The translations under genes were made by a program, and so were the position numbers. From a virus (Duplodnaviria > Caudoviricetes): a stretch of 57,658 nucleotides of DNA. The notes beneath the pieces are model-generated. The model was given only the letters and a program-made list of their open reading frames with translations, ran no database searches and was not told the origin of the DNA. Positions 18,666 through 28,060 of the stretch are shown in pieces. How positions within the stretch are numbered: position 1 is the first letter of the stretch; every line of letters starts with the position of its first letter. The stretch is taken from IMG/VR virus record IMGVR_UViG_3300045256_000273, positions 1 through 57,658 of that record; one strand, 5' to 3'.

Positions 18666-19204
18666 GCCGCGCGCGGACCGCTAACCATTGCGCGCAGCCA
18701 CGCTCGCAATCCCGCCGGATCGACATCTTCGATGTCGGGCGGCGCGCACCGGATACCCGGCTGCCGCAGCCACTGGCAGACCAGCTCCGAGCACCATGCG
18801 GCGCGGCGGTCCTGAATCCAGTTGTGGACGAAGCCGATGCGTAGTCCGCGCGCCAGTTCGACCGGAATGAAGCCGAACAGGCCGAACACATCGTACCAGC
18901 GTCCGAGCCATTGCCGCTCGACGGCGTAGTACGCTAGCCGAGCCTGAAAGTCCGACACGTCGAGTTGGTACAGCTCGACCGTTGCGTCGCGGTAGGCATA
19001 CATCGGCGTGAGCGCAACCCGCGGCCAGACGGCTTCGAGGACGCGGCCATTCGGCGCGACCAGGAAGGCGTGCGAGGGCGGATTCGGGCCCTCGCCAGCG
19101 ATGTCCTCGGCCTCCTCGATGGCCCACGCGAGCGGGGATCGGCCCCACGCGAGTCCCACGGTGCCGACGGTCGCCTGCTCCCAAGTGACTATCCTTGCGT
19201 TCAT
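18662..19204 (-). CDS. permuted papain-like (YiiX/YebB, NlpC/P60 clan) enzyme
   Basis: PSHAFLV, VLEA, YDVFGL and WCSELV motifs. Confidence 0.75.
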   Translation of the reverse strand: MNARIVTWEQATVGTVGLAWGRSPLAWAIEEAEDIAGEGPNPPSHAFLVAPNGRVLEAVWPRVALTPMYAYRDATVELYQLDVSDFQARLAYYAVERQWLGRWYDVFGLFGFIPVELARGLRIGFVHNWIQDRRAAWCSELVCQWLRQPGIRCAPPDIEDVDPAGLRAWLRAMVSGPRAA

Positions 19205-19506
19205 TTGGTCGCGCTGATGGTCGGCCCGAGAACCAGGCCGCCAAGTCCGTAGTTGACCGGGCTGTTGGCCCACAGCGTAAAGGGCGTCGAACAGCTACCC
19301 GGCAGCGTCCCCACCACCTTGCCGTCCTTGTCCTGAATGATGGAGCCGCAGATGGTCGAGAACAGCGAGGTCCAATGCTCAAGGTCGGTGGCCGTCGCGC
19401 CGCCCGGCAACCGCACGACCGTCGTTGCGGGCCTGTAGAGAGACGCGCAACCGGAGATCGCCAGCGCCGCCATCAGCAAGACGGCGCTGGCGGCGCTACG
19501 CATCAT
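19201..19506 (-). CDS. lipoprotein
   Basis: hydrophobic leader ending in lipobox ISGC. Confidence 0.6.
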   Translation of the reverse strand: MMRSAASAVLLMAALAISGCASLYRPATTVVRLPGGATATDLEHWTSLFSTICGSIIQDKDGKVVGTLPGSCSTPFTLWANSPVNYGLGGLVLGPTISATK

Positions 19507-20068
19507 GGGGAATCCGTGTCCGCGAAAGCATGCATGCTTTGCAGGCGCAGTAGCGCACTTCTCGCGCCGATTTCCACAAGAACGGTTGAACGCTATAGGG
19601 AATACGCAGCGGATGTTTCGGATGGCCCGCTTTCGTCACCCCGAGGCAGTACAGGTCAATGCCGTAGTCTCCGCAGAGTATCCGGATCGCTTCAGCCTCT
19701 CGATTGCGATAGGCACCGTCATCGCCCCACGCCGCGATCACCATGCGCGGCTGCCCGACGATTGCTTGCCACAGAGCGCGGTCCGCGTCCGGCCCCACGG
19801 GATCTTTAGCAACTCGCAGTTCTTTCGGATCGGTCGCGCGCAAAGTGAACAGGTTGGCGACGCGGATTTTCCCGCATCCCATCAGACGCGCCCGCCCCAT
19901 ACAGACACGGATCGTGGCATCGTCAACATGCGCGTCTGCAATGCTGGGATTCAGCATGATGAAGACGAGTCGGTCGCCAGCCTTATCCCACGAGCGCCAG
20001 AGCGCCGTTCGATAGCGGCCGCACGGCGATATTTCCGCGCCGCGTTCGATGAAAAGATCGCCGTTCAT
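19496..20068 (-). CDS. DUF1643-family protein
   Basis: YRTALWRSW, FIMLNPSIAD..DDATI, NLF, AAWG, GHPKHPL. Confidence 0.9.
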   Translation of the reverse strand: MNGDLFIERGAEISPCGRYRTALWRSWDKAGDRLVFIMLNPSIADAHVDDATIRVCMGRARLMGCGKIRVANLFTLRATDPKELRVAKDPVGPDADRALWQAIVGQPRMVIAAWGDDGAYRNREAEAIRILCGDYGIDLYCLGVTKAGHPKHPLRIPYSVQPFLWKSAREVRYCACKACMLSRTRIPHDA

Positions 20069-20694
20069 CGACATGGCGACACTCCGGGAGCCTTGACGAC
20101 CCCCATCCAATCAAACGGCGGCTTGCCCTGTGGGTCAAAGTAGCTGGGAAACGTGAAGTCCGGCACGCATCGATCAAGCCCCTCGCCATTCTCGCCGCAC
20201 TCCAGCGCCTTGACTGGCTCGCTCTGGTTGTAGGTCAGGCACGCCACCGGATCGACTATCTCCTTGCCGTCGGCGCCGGGATCTTCCGCCATCTCGACTA
20301 TCTCGTGCTCCGCGTCGAGCAGCGCCTGTAGCGTGCCGCCGCCCTTCGGCCCCGAGATGGTCGGATCGCCGACGTACACAAAAGCTTCCGGCCCGTTGTC
20401 GTCGTCGTGCCACGCGACGCCGTTGCTGCTGGTCCCCGGCTCGAACGTCAGGGTAGCGTCGGCCGACCCGCCGAGCTGCACGCGCACATGCAGCCCCCAG
20501 TGCGGCCCCACATCTTGCGTCAACTGCGCGTTGGAGCGCTCCACGAAGGCCGACAGCACAGACGGGTTCCAGTAGGTAGTCGCCGCGGCGTCGTTGATGA
20601 CCGCGATGGTGCGGACCGGACCGCCGCCGGAGCCGCAGGCGGCGAGCGTTAGTCCAAGCATGAGTGGAAGTATCCGCACGCGACGCACAGCCAC
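20065..20694 (-). CDS. lipoprotein with zincin-like motif
   Basis: lipobox LAAC; AWH..HEIVEMAEDP..EIVDP..DFTFPSYF. Confidence 0.65.
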   Translation of the reverse strand: MAVRRVRILPLMLGLTLAACGSGGGPVRTIAVINDAAATTYWNPSVLSAFVERSNAQLTQDVGPHWGLHVRVQLGGSADATLTFEPGTSSNGVAWHDDDNGPEAFVYVGDPTISGPKGGGTLQALLDAEHEIVEMAEDPGADGKEIVDPVACLTYNQSEPVKALECGENGEGLDRCVPDFTFPSYFDPQGKPPFDWMGVVKAPGVSPCR

Positions 20695-20775
20695 TTACAC
20701 CCGCTTCCGCGCCGCATCTGCGCGCCGCACCAAGGGCAAATCACCACCCCGCCGCAATGGCCGCGTCCGTATCGT

Positions 20776-21003
20776 TCACGCCTTGGTGAAATCGAGGTAA
20801 TACTCAGCCCCCGGCTCGAAGTAGTCGGCCGCGTCGGACTTGATCGCCATCGTCAGTTGGCCACTCGGCGTGGCATCCCAGAATGCCTTGTTTTCGTGCT
20901 TCGGATCGCTGGAATAGACAGGCCGCATTTCCACTTCAGCATTCATGCCGCTATTCCGGTCGTACCGTTTGATCGACAGAACTACGAATTTCGCCCTTAC
21001 CAT
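20776..21003 (-). CDS. conserved phage hypothetical protein
   Basis: VRAKF..ENKAFWDATPSG..EYYLDFT; AAGGAGG SD; frame may extend to 21147. Confidence 0.7.
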   Translation of the reverse strand: MVRAKFVVLSIKRYDRNSGMNAEVEMRPVYSSDPKHENKAFWDATPSGQLTMAIKSDAADYFEPGAEYYLDFTKA

Positions 21004-21146
21004 GTAACCCTCCTTGGCCATTAAATTTCGCACGTCATTGACGAAGCGTTCAGTCATGCGCCGCAGTTTCTCAGGTGTCATCGGCGGATTACACATCGCA
21101 CAACCAGGCCCGCCAACTACATCGTGAATGCAATTCAGCGCGCTCA

Positions 21147-21683
21147 TCACCACCCCGCCGCAACGGCCGCGTCCGCTGATGCCACATAGGTATGCGCTGG
21201 CGTCCCCGGTATCTCGACGCCGGGCAGCGCCAGCGGTCGCGCCGCCTTGATGAGCCCGATGGCTTGCAGCCGCGTGAGGCCGAACGCGCGCATGATCGCG
21301 TAGACGGTGGACGGGCCGCGGTCGTAGCCGTCGAAGCAGTGGACGTAGAGGATGTAGCCGGCAACGTCCAAGCAACCGACATGGCCCCCGACCGGATTCC
21401 ACTTTGCGCCATCGGCCGCCACGCCGTTGAGTGCGAAGTGGATCGAACGCCGGAACCAATCCGCAGGCTTCGGCTTTCCATCGTCGAGCGCAGGATTGTG
21501 CGTGTACCAAATGCCCGGCGGTATGGGCATCGGGTCGGGAACGTCGCACACATTCAGGACGTGGCTGACGCCCAACTTGAGCAGCTCTTGCCAGTCCTCA
21601 GCCGTGCGGGGACGCGAGCCCACGATGATGCGCTCGGTCACATGGTTGTAGTTGAGGGGCACGTCTATGTTGGGGAGGGTCAT
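21147..21683 (-). CDS. dual-specificity phosphatase-like protein
   Basis: GVSHVLNV and YVHCFDGYDRG (HCx5R). Confidence 0.85.
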   Translation of the reverse strand: MTLPNIDVPLNYNHVTERIIVGSRPRTAEDWQELLKLGVSHVLNVCDVPDPMPIPPGIWYTHNPALDDGKPKPADWFRRSIHFALNGVAADGAKWNPVGGHVGCLDVAGYILYVHCFDGYDRGPSTVYAIMRAFGLTRLQAIGLIKAARPLALPGVEIPGTPAHTYVASADAAVAAGW

Positions 21684-22045
21684 AGGCGCTCAGGGAATCC
21701 GTACCGCTCAGATGTGCGATTGAACTTCGCGCGAATCTCCGCAGCGAGGTCTATTCCGAGGCGCTGCGCCAATAGGTCGAGATAAAGGAAGGTGTCGGCC
21801 AATTCTTCGCCGATTTTCCCTATCGCCTCGCGCCTGCTCGAAATTTGGCGTTCAGGATCGTTGATGCTTGCGATCTCATCCTCGACCCGGCGAAGCTTCT
21901 TCACCGCGTTACACGCCTCGCCGGCTTCGCCAGCCATCGCCACGGCCCAGTCGCTGACGGACCATGCGGCGATGTTTCCCTGATGCCATCGCTCGCAACG
22001 GCGAAGGTTAATTTCAGACACTTCCCGAAAAGTTAGGTCTTTCAT
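21680..22045 (-). CDS. MazG-like nucleotide pyrophosphohydrolase
   Basis: AGEAGEACNAVKK, GEELADT, KFN motifs. Confidence 0.85.
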   Translation of the reverse strand: MKDLTFREVSEINLRRCERWHQGNIAAWSVSDWAVAMAGEAGEACNAVKKLRRVEDEIASINDPERQISSRREAIGKIGEELADTFLYLDLLAQRLGIDLAAEIRAKFNRTSERYGFPERL

Positions 22046-22329
22046 TGCCACTCCGCCGGTGGCATCCCGAAATTCACCACCGAATCATCCTCCAGCGTCA
22101 CGTCCCACGACCGCCTCAATTGCTCCGCCAGCGCATCCGTATCGACGCCCGCCGACAGCAACACGCGGCAGCGATTAGCCTGCGCTGGCGCGAGGTCCTG
22201 GATGGGATGAATCGCCGCGAGCGACACCGGATTCTGCTTGCAGAGATACCCGCCGCGCAGGAGCGAATCGGCCGCGTCGAGGTAGTGGGCGCCCAGCAGG
22301 ATGTAGGTTGTCGGCTCGCGGGTGGTCAC
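22042..22329 (-). CDS. hypothetical protein
   Basis: GTGA/ATGA coupling within the operon. Confidence 0.5.
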   Translation of the reverse strand: MTTREPTTYILLGAHYLDAADSLLRGGYLCKQNPVSLAAIHPIQDLAPAQANRCRVLLSAGVDTDALAEQLRRSWDVTLEDDSVVNFGMPPAEWQ

Positions 22330-22724
22330 GGCCCAACGTACTCGTTGAAGCACTGAACCCAGTCATGCAGGATGCAGCGCCGCGCGTCGTCGAGACTCAC
22401 CGCACCGTCACACACGAGCCCCCGCAGCTTCGTCTCTAGCCTGTCCTTGATGCGCGCCTGGTCTATCGGCTGCGCCCAGAGATTGTCGCTGCGATTGGTC
22501 CCGCCGAGCTCCAACGGACCGTCATGGTCGATTTCCCAGTGCGGCCCCGGACAGGCGGCGGCTTTATCGCGTTCGCATACGGCGCGCTTCATCGCCGGCG
22601 TGACATAGCGATAGACTCCTGTCCGAAAGTTTGACGCGCAGATGACGCTCTGCGTTAACTGCGGATTCCACGAGCCGGGGACCGGCGGCGTCGCGAGCGC
22701 CATGATGAATGCGACCGCAATCAC
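22326..22724 (-). CDS. HNH-like protein with hydrophobic leader
   Basis: EIDHDGPLELGGTNRSDNLWAQP..KDRLE. Confidence 0.7.
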   Translation of the reverse strand: MIAVAFIMALATPPVPGSWNPQLTQSVICASNFRTGVYRYVTPAMKRAVCERDKAAACPGPHWEIDHDGPLELGGTNRSDNLWAQPIDQARIKDRLETKLRGLVCDGAVSLDDARRCILHDWVQCFNEYVGP

Positions 22725-23467
22725 GCAGTTACCTGCACGAGGTCCGCCTGCAAGGCCGCGATATCCAGCCCGTTCGGCGCCTGGCCGTCCGCGTTCAGCC
22801 ACTCCGGCGGCAGCGTTACAAACATCTCGTCGCAGAACTGGTCCAGCGCGTCCCACGTCATCCAATACGAGCCGTCGCCCCACGACACGATGCCAAGCCC
22901 GTCATTTGCGACTGGCGGCGCCGAGAGAATCGCCCGCGGCGACCATATCGCGTGCCCGCCGGCAATCGGCGACAGCGCTGGCAGCCCGCGCCAGTGGTGC
23001 GTGTTGAACCACGCCTGCGGGAACGCCACGCCGATGAGCAAGCCGCCGAACAGCATCAGCGCGCTCATCACTTCGTCATGATTCTTCCAGTCCACGGCGA
23101 CGTAGGCGCCGATCTTGTTGCCCGCGATGCCGGTCTGCCGCATGAAGTTCAGGCCGGCCACCATTTCGGTGCCTTGGTCGCTGTTCGGATCGCTCGGGTT
23201 GTAGCCGGTGGCGGCGCTATAGGCCTCAAGCACCTGGTCGGTCGTCGGCACGATGATGTCGCCGCTGTTTGCGCTCCACGTCATGACGGCGTGCGCGCAC
23301 ATCGCCCAGAAGCAGTCTCCAACCTTGTCGTTGCCGTCCATACCCCAAGGCACCTGCACTGCGGAGGTCCAGTCGGCGAACGGGCCAGCCGCGGGGAGCG
23401 CCTTGAGGTACTTCGACAGCCTGAGCGTGCGCAGGTCGTGCCGCGCGGGCTTCTTGCCGAGTCTCAC
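22721..23467 (-). CDS. papain-like (C1-type) cysteine peptidase
   Basis: ND.VGDCFWA, DQG, GGHAI, VSWG motifs. Confidence 0.75.
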   Translation of the reverse strand: MRLGKKPARHDLRTLRLSKYLKALPAAGPFADWTSAVQVPWGMDGNDKVGDCFWAMCAHAVMTWSANSGDIIVPTTDQVLEAYSAATGYNPSDPNSDQGTEMVAGLNFMRQTGIAGNKIGAYVAVDWKNHDEVMSALMLFGGLLIGVAFPQAWFNTHHWRGLPALSPIAGGHAIWSPRAILSAPPVANDGLGIVSWGDGSYWMTWDALDQFCDEMFVTLPPEWLNADGQAPNGLDIAALQADLVQVTA

Positions 23468-23688
23468 TTCTTGAGTTCCTTCGCGATCTCCGCCTCGATG
23501 GCTGGAATCTGCGTGCTCTGGTGCGGCATCTCCGACCGCAGCATCTTGAGCATCACGAGTCTGGCGAGCCGCGATGCGGGCGGTATCGGCTGATGGATCG
23601 AAACCGAGCAGCCTTCCGATTCGACGCCGTTGAGGAAACGCGAAACGCGATCCTCAGCTTCCTTGAGGACTTCCGCCGCCGTTGCCAC
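23464..23688 (-). CDS. hypothetical protein
   Basis: ORF within the lysis operon with GGAGG SD. Confidence 0.45.
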   Translation of the reverse strand: MATAAEVLKEAEDRVSRFLNGVESEGCSVSIHQPIPPASRLARLVMLKMLRSEMPHQSTQIPAIEAEIAKELKK

Positions 23689-23857
23689 CGCCGCCTCCCA
23701 GATGCGCGCCCGTCGCCGCCGACACCAACGCGATGCCCAACGTCATCAAGTCGCCCGCATGCGCCTGGCCGAAGGCCGTCAGAACCGCCACACATGGCAA
23801 CACGATCAGCCCCAAGCCAGATGCGAAGATTCCGGCTTTGACGAGAAGTTCCCTCAT
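23654..23857 (-). CDS. putative holin
   Basis: 67 aa, two TM-like segments, coupled to the endolysin gene. Confidence 0.55.
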   Translation of the reverse strand: MRELLVKAGIFASGLGLIVLPCVAVLTAFGQAHAGDLMTLGIALVSAATGAHLGGGGGNGGGSPQGS

Positions 23858-24345
23858 TGCGCTTGCTCCAAGCAGGCCTGCCGAAGCACCGCGAGGCGTC
23901 GGCGCAGCCCGCGCTGGATATTTTCGGGACTCGACACGGCGTAATGCCCCAGCGCGGCCGTGATGGCTACGTCTTGGCGCGTCGGTGCTTTTCCGGCCGC
24001 CTCAATCGTCAACGGCCCCACGTCGCCGTCAACCTGACCGTCATAAACGCCTAGCCATGCAAGCGAAGCCTGCGCGATTTTGACGCCCGCGCCGGACGGC
24101 AGATTGCTGGCCTCGACGAGGCAAAATGTGGCCCACGGCTGCGGCAAGCCGCCAAGCCGATACGGCTGCCAGTAAAACTCCCGCAGGAGTCCCTGCGTCT
24201 CCGCGTCTGTGATTTTCGCAACTGGCTGCGGCGGGAGGCTGTGACGGCGGCGATATTCGTCGTAAGTGGTCTGTTCGATACCGGCCGGTTCGCTCCCTTC
24301 GCAAACCAGCCAGACGGCAAACGACTTCGCGAAGTCGGCCCCCAT
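23854..24345 (-). CDS. endolysin, GH108-like with peptidoglycan-binding motif
   Basis: EG..GIEQTTY..VAKIT..FYW and VDGDVGPLT. Confidence 0.7.
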   Translation of the reverse strand: MGADFAKSFAVWLVCEGSEPAGIEQTTYDEYRRRHSLPPQPVAKITDAETQGLLREFYWQPYRLGGLPQPWATFCLVEASNLPSGAGVKIAQASLAWLGVYDGQVDGDVGPLTIEAAGKAPTRQDVAITAALGHYAVSSPENIQRGLRRRLAVLRQACLEQAQ

Positions 24346-24389
24346 GAATCTTATGCTTTGCGGGATTTACGAAAGTTTGTCAAGTCTAT

Positions 24390-24427
24390 GCAAAGAAGGC
24401 GCTCCGGCCATTTCGACCGAAGCGCCT
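24390..24427 (-). terminator. intrinsic terminator after the pilin gene
   Basis: minus strand AGGCGCTTCGGTC-GAAAT-GGCCGGAGCGCCT followed by TCTTT. Confidence 0.6.
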
Positions 24428-24466
24428 CGCCTGCAAGGGGAGAGTCGTGCCCCGCAGACCGCAGAC

Positions 24467-24655
24467 CTAGGCGTTGCTTAGGGTTGAATCGACGCCGCTG
24501 GCCAACGTGCTGATGCTCTGACCCATGATCTCGTAGGCCGCGAACACGACGATCGCGATGGCGGCCAGGATGAGCGCATATTCCGTCATGTCCTGGGCGC
24601 GCTCGAAGCGGACCATACGCTCGCGAATCCTGATGTACCATGCCGTAATACCCAT
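24467..24655 (-). CDS. flp: Flp/Fap-family type IVb (Tad) pilin
   Basis: basic leader, then RAQDMTEYALILAAIAIVV Flp motif (E+5, Y+6); 62 aa; AAAGGAGG SD. Confidence 0.88.
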   Translation of the reverse strand: MGITAWYIRIRERMVRFERAQDMTEYALILAAIAIVVFAAYEIMGQSISTLASGVDSTLSNA

Positions 24656-24691
24656 CGTTGCCCCTCCTTTCAGGGTGCGGATACAGCTAAA

Positions 24692-24720
24692 GAACTAGCG
24701 AAAATGCGTTTATGCGTCAA
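24692..24720 (-). promoter_or_regulatory. putative promoter of the pilin gene
   Basis: TTGACG-17nt-TAGTTC on the minus strand. Confidence 0.5.
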
Positions 24721-24776
24721 GTGCTTTGCGTGAGCACGTTTTGCACCATCGCGCGCGATATGCGATAACGGACGCC

Positions 24777-25007
24777 ATGAAAAAGGCCCTGTTAATCGGC
24801 GCAGCAATTCTGATGGCGCTGTACGGTGCGGGGTGGGGCGCGCTCTATCTGGCCAATCCGGCGTATCTGACGTGCGCCGAGTTTAAGCTGGGCGCGATTC
24901 CCGCAATCGACGCCTACTGCGCTCTCACGATATGGTGCGCGGACCATCCAGAGGCATCGGACCGCGCGTGCGCGTCGGCGGATTTCCCGCTGTCGCCGCC
25001 GCGCTAG
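24777..25007 (+). CDS. small exported/membrane protein, divergent from flp
   Basis: MKKALLIGAAILMAL leader, 4 Cys; opposite strand to the late genes. Confidence 0.55.
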   Translation: MKKALLIGAAILMALYGAGWGALYLANPAYLTCAEFKLGAIPAIDAYCALTIWCADHPEASDRACASADFPLSPPR

Positions 25008-25261
25008 TACCCGTTGCCCCGATAATAGCTGCCGTATTCGACTCGCTGAACACGCTCGTGGAGATTGTCCACGTCTGCGCGCATGACCGCGACCTTCTCA
25101 TGCGTCTCGGTCTGCTGTTCGAGAATCCTGTCGAGTTTGCGGTCGATCTCCTTGAGCCGCTGGCCCAAGAAAAACTTGCGGACGCCAGCAGCGACGACTC
25201 CGAGGCCAGCCAAAGCCTCGATCAGCGCCTCGCCGACTCTGTCGATCTGCTCAAGAAGCAT
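25004..25261 (-). CDS. membrane-anchored coiled-coil protein
   Basis: one TM segment followed by heptad pattern. Confidence 0.55.
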   Translation of the reverse strand: MLLEQIDRVGEALIEALAGLGVVAAGVRKFFLGQRLKEIDRKLDRILEQQTETHEKVAVMRADVDNLHERVQRVEYGSYYRGNGY

Positions 25262-25267
25262 CTCGCC

Positions 25268-28057
25268 TCAATACATCATCCAGGCGCCGCCCGCGCCCGT
25301 GTTGACTTGCGCGGGCGCGATCACCAGTCCCGCTTCCAATCCGTCGAGGCCGGAGTAGATGGGGTTCACGCCATTCATCACGTCGTTGCCGGTCGCGCCT
25401 GCCGCGAAGCCCGTGCTGGCGACATGGAAGGCAAGGTCGCTCGCATTGTTTGATTCAAAGTTCGGTTGGTCGTCCAGCCAGCCGCCGAGGCCGTGCGATG
25501 CGTCCGAGTTCTCACCTTCGGCGAACATGAACTGCGTGAAGTAGCCGCCTGGGCTCGGCACGTTGAGGCCGGTGAGCGTGATGGGAGCGCTGACCGGACC
25601 GGGAACTACGGCGCTATTGGTCGGGGAACAAGTCGCGGCGTAGTTGTAGGTGACATAGTGCAGGAACGTACCACCGGCCCCAAAAGTGCCGTTACCGTCC
25701 GGCGTGATGCTCCAGCTATCGGACGATGGATCGCCCGCTCCGCGCTGGTGGCACCAGATTTTGCACTCGGCGGTGCCGTTAGGCCCGACCAGATCGAACA
25801 GGGTGCCGCCGAGGTCGGACGGCGCGATTACGCTGGTAAAGCTTCCGTCCCACATAAAATTGAAATCGCCACCCATCGTGTTGCACAGCTCGACCACCAC
25901 CGGCTCATTGGTGCTGATGCCGGATGGATAAAGCGCCGTGGCGGTGACGGGCGTAAGAGTAAATGGCGTCGTGTTGTTCACTCCCGACCACTGCGTAATC
26001 GCCCACGATGCGGTCGGCGCACCGCCAGGGTAGGTGATCGACAGATTCGTTTCGCTTCCGTTCGAGATTTTCCACAGAATGACTGAGTTGTTATGGATCG
26101 ATGTCAGAACGTGCCAGCCAGTCGGCACGTTGAACGGGCGATTGCCGACGCTGGCGGGATTCGTTCCAACCTCGGCGGCCAGCAGGATATTGCCCGAGGT
26201 CGGCGTCGCAACCATCGTGACGGTGCAGGGGGTCGCAGAGCAAGTCGATGTCGCCGAGTTGACGAATGCGACGGTGTCGCCCGGGCCGGTTGGATTGAAC
26301 GGGATGAGCGCCGAACCGCCCTGTGCGCCCGTTACCACCGTATCGGTATAGGGACCGTAATTGCCCGCCGCCGTCACGCTCTTGTCGGCGATGCTGATGC
26401 CGTAGGTCGATGCATCGCCCATGCTGACGCGCGACGTGAGGCCGGCGTCGGCGGTGATGGCCTCCTTGGCGAATGTGGTGGTGACATCGACAAGATGAAC
26501 TGGTACGGACCCCTGCCCTGTGATCGTGCCGTTCATCACACCAGTATTGTTGTTTTCCAGCTCCGCAATGCGCGCCGAGCTGGTGTTGTCAAACAGCGGC
26601 CACCAGTAGGTGGGCTGCGTTGCCAGCGCCTTTATCTGCGCATCAAAGGTGCCGTCGTTCATGTGGGAGAGGACGGAGGCAACCTGCGTGCTCGACAGCG
26701 CAGTGCTCATCCAGATTGCGACTTCGCCGATCCGCGCCTCGATGAAATTGCTGGTCGGTGGGTCTGCGGGGCTGTTGTTCGGAACGGAGCAGCCAATGGT
26801 CCAGAAGGCATTGCTATACGCGGTATAATTGGTGGTCGTCGATCCGACCTGTCCGTTCTCGTCGTAAAGGTGATCAACGGTTCCGTCGTACACCCGCGCA
26901 AAGCAATGATTCTGGCCGTCGTTATAGGTGTGCGTGCCGCTGGTAGTCTCGACTGAGACTGACCCGTTCCACTGGTCATCAACGATATGGCCGGTGTTAT
27001 CCATCCAAACACGGGCACTCTGAAGGTTGCCGTTGCAACCGTTGGTGGCGGAAATGATGAATCCACCCTGGTTGTACCCGCTCGGGACGTTCATGCAGAA
27101 CATCTCAGTAAATGGTGCGCTCGCGCTTTCGCCGATAGTGTTAACAGCCGTGGTCACGTAGTTGTCCACGCCGTTAAAGCCCATCGACAAGTCGGGCGAT
27201 GCGATGGTAGCATTCTGAAAGGTGTGAACCGCCGAATTGTACCCGACACTCTTGTACTGCGTACCGGTCGTATTCGTCGTCCAGTTATTATAGATGCCGA
27301 CGGGCGGAACACGCCCAACGGTGTTGTGGGTTCCGGCGTCGCCCGCCTTGATGGCGATCTGCTGAGAGTTAAACGGAATGCTGCCGTTGGTGATGACCGC
27401 CTGCGGAACCGACGCGCCGGCAACGTCCTGCGTCATGTAAGTGGCGGCGGCATTCGCGTTGCTGTAGAAAATCGGAATCTGCCCTTGCTGAAACGGATCG
27501 GCGTTCGTTACCGTGTCGGCTTGGCCGAAATTGTAATAGGCGATGACGAGTTCATCCGCCGCAGTCGTTGTGAGCGTGTCGGTCGTGCCTTGGAAGGAGG
27601 TTCCGTTGGACTTGCCGGCGCTGATGGCGTCAACTACCGGCACATTGCCGTCAGAATCCGCCACGTCGAATAGCTGGCAGGCTCCCAGCAGCGTGCTTGC
27701 GTTCGACACCGTGCAGCTTGCCTGTCCGCTTGTAACCGTGATGGCGTTCCCCTGCGCCTTGAACCAGCCCGACGTTCCAACCTCGGTCCATGCGGTCGTG
27801 CAGCCCGACGTGTTGGTGCCATTGCCGATGGTCGAGCCATGGCCGAAGTTCATTACGAGCAGGTCGTTTGCGCCCGCGACCGGACCGACGCCCTGGTGGT
27901 TATTGAACGGAAGCGTTCCGATGTTGAGGTAGCACGTCCCGCTGGTCGCATTATTAACATATGGCCCCTGCGACCAGTTGCGCAGATAGAGAGCGCCGGC
28001 AGCGTGCGCAACGGACGCCCACAGGAGGAACGCAATCAGCGCAAAAAACCGCTTCAT
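25268..28057 (-). CDS. large beta-rich protein with LamG-like domain and signal peptide (receptor-binding-like)
   Basis: MKRFFALIAFLLWASVAHA leader; YNDGQNHCFARVYDG..LYDENG..IGEVAIWMSTALS LamG pattern. Confidence 0.75.
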   Translation of the reverse strand: MKRFFALIAFLLWASVAHAAGALYLRNWSQGPYVNNATSGTCYLNIGTLPFNNHQGVGPVAGANDLLVMNFGHGSTIGNGTNTSGCTTAWTEVGTSGWFKAQGNAITVTSGQASCTVSNASTLLGACQLFDVADSDGNVPVVDAISAGKSNGTSFQGTTDTLTTTAADELVIAYYNFGQADTVTNADPFQQGQIPIFYSNANAAATYMTQDVAGASVPQAVITNGSIPFNSQQIAIKAGDAGTHNTVGRVPPVGIYNNWTTNTTGTQYKSVGYNSAVHTFQNATIASPDLSMGFNGVDNYVTTAVNTIGESASAPFTEMFCMNVPSGYNQGGFIISATNGCNGNLQSARVWMDNTGHIVDDQWNGSVSVETTSGTHTYNDGQNHCFARVYDGTVDHLYDENGQVGSTTTNYTAYSNAFWTIGCSVPNNSPADPPTSNFIEARIGEVAIWMSTALSSTQVASVLSHMNDGTFDAQIKALATQPTYWWPLFDNTSSARIAELENNNTGVMNGTITGQGSVPVHLVDVTTTFAKEAITADAGLTSRVSMGDASTYGISIADKSVTAAGNYGPYTDTVVTGAQGGSALIPFNPTGPGDTVAFVNSATSTCSATPCTVTMVATPTSGNILLAAEVGTNPASVGNRPFNVPTGWHVLTSIHNNSVILWKISNGSETNLSITYPGGAPTASWAITQWSGVNNTTPFTLTPVTATALYPSGISTNEPVVVELCNTMGGDFNFMWDGSFTSVIAPSDLGGTLFDLVGPNGTAECKIWCHQRGAGDPSSDSWSITPDGNGTFGAGGTFLHYVTYNYAATCSPTNSAVVPGPVSAPITLTGLNVPSPGGYFTQFMFAEGENSDASHGLGGWLDDQPNFESNNASDLAFHVASTGFAAGATGNDVMNGVNPIYSGLDGLEAGLVIAPAQVNTGAGGAWMMY

Positions 28058-28060
28058 TTA

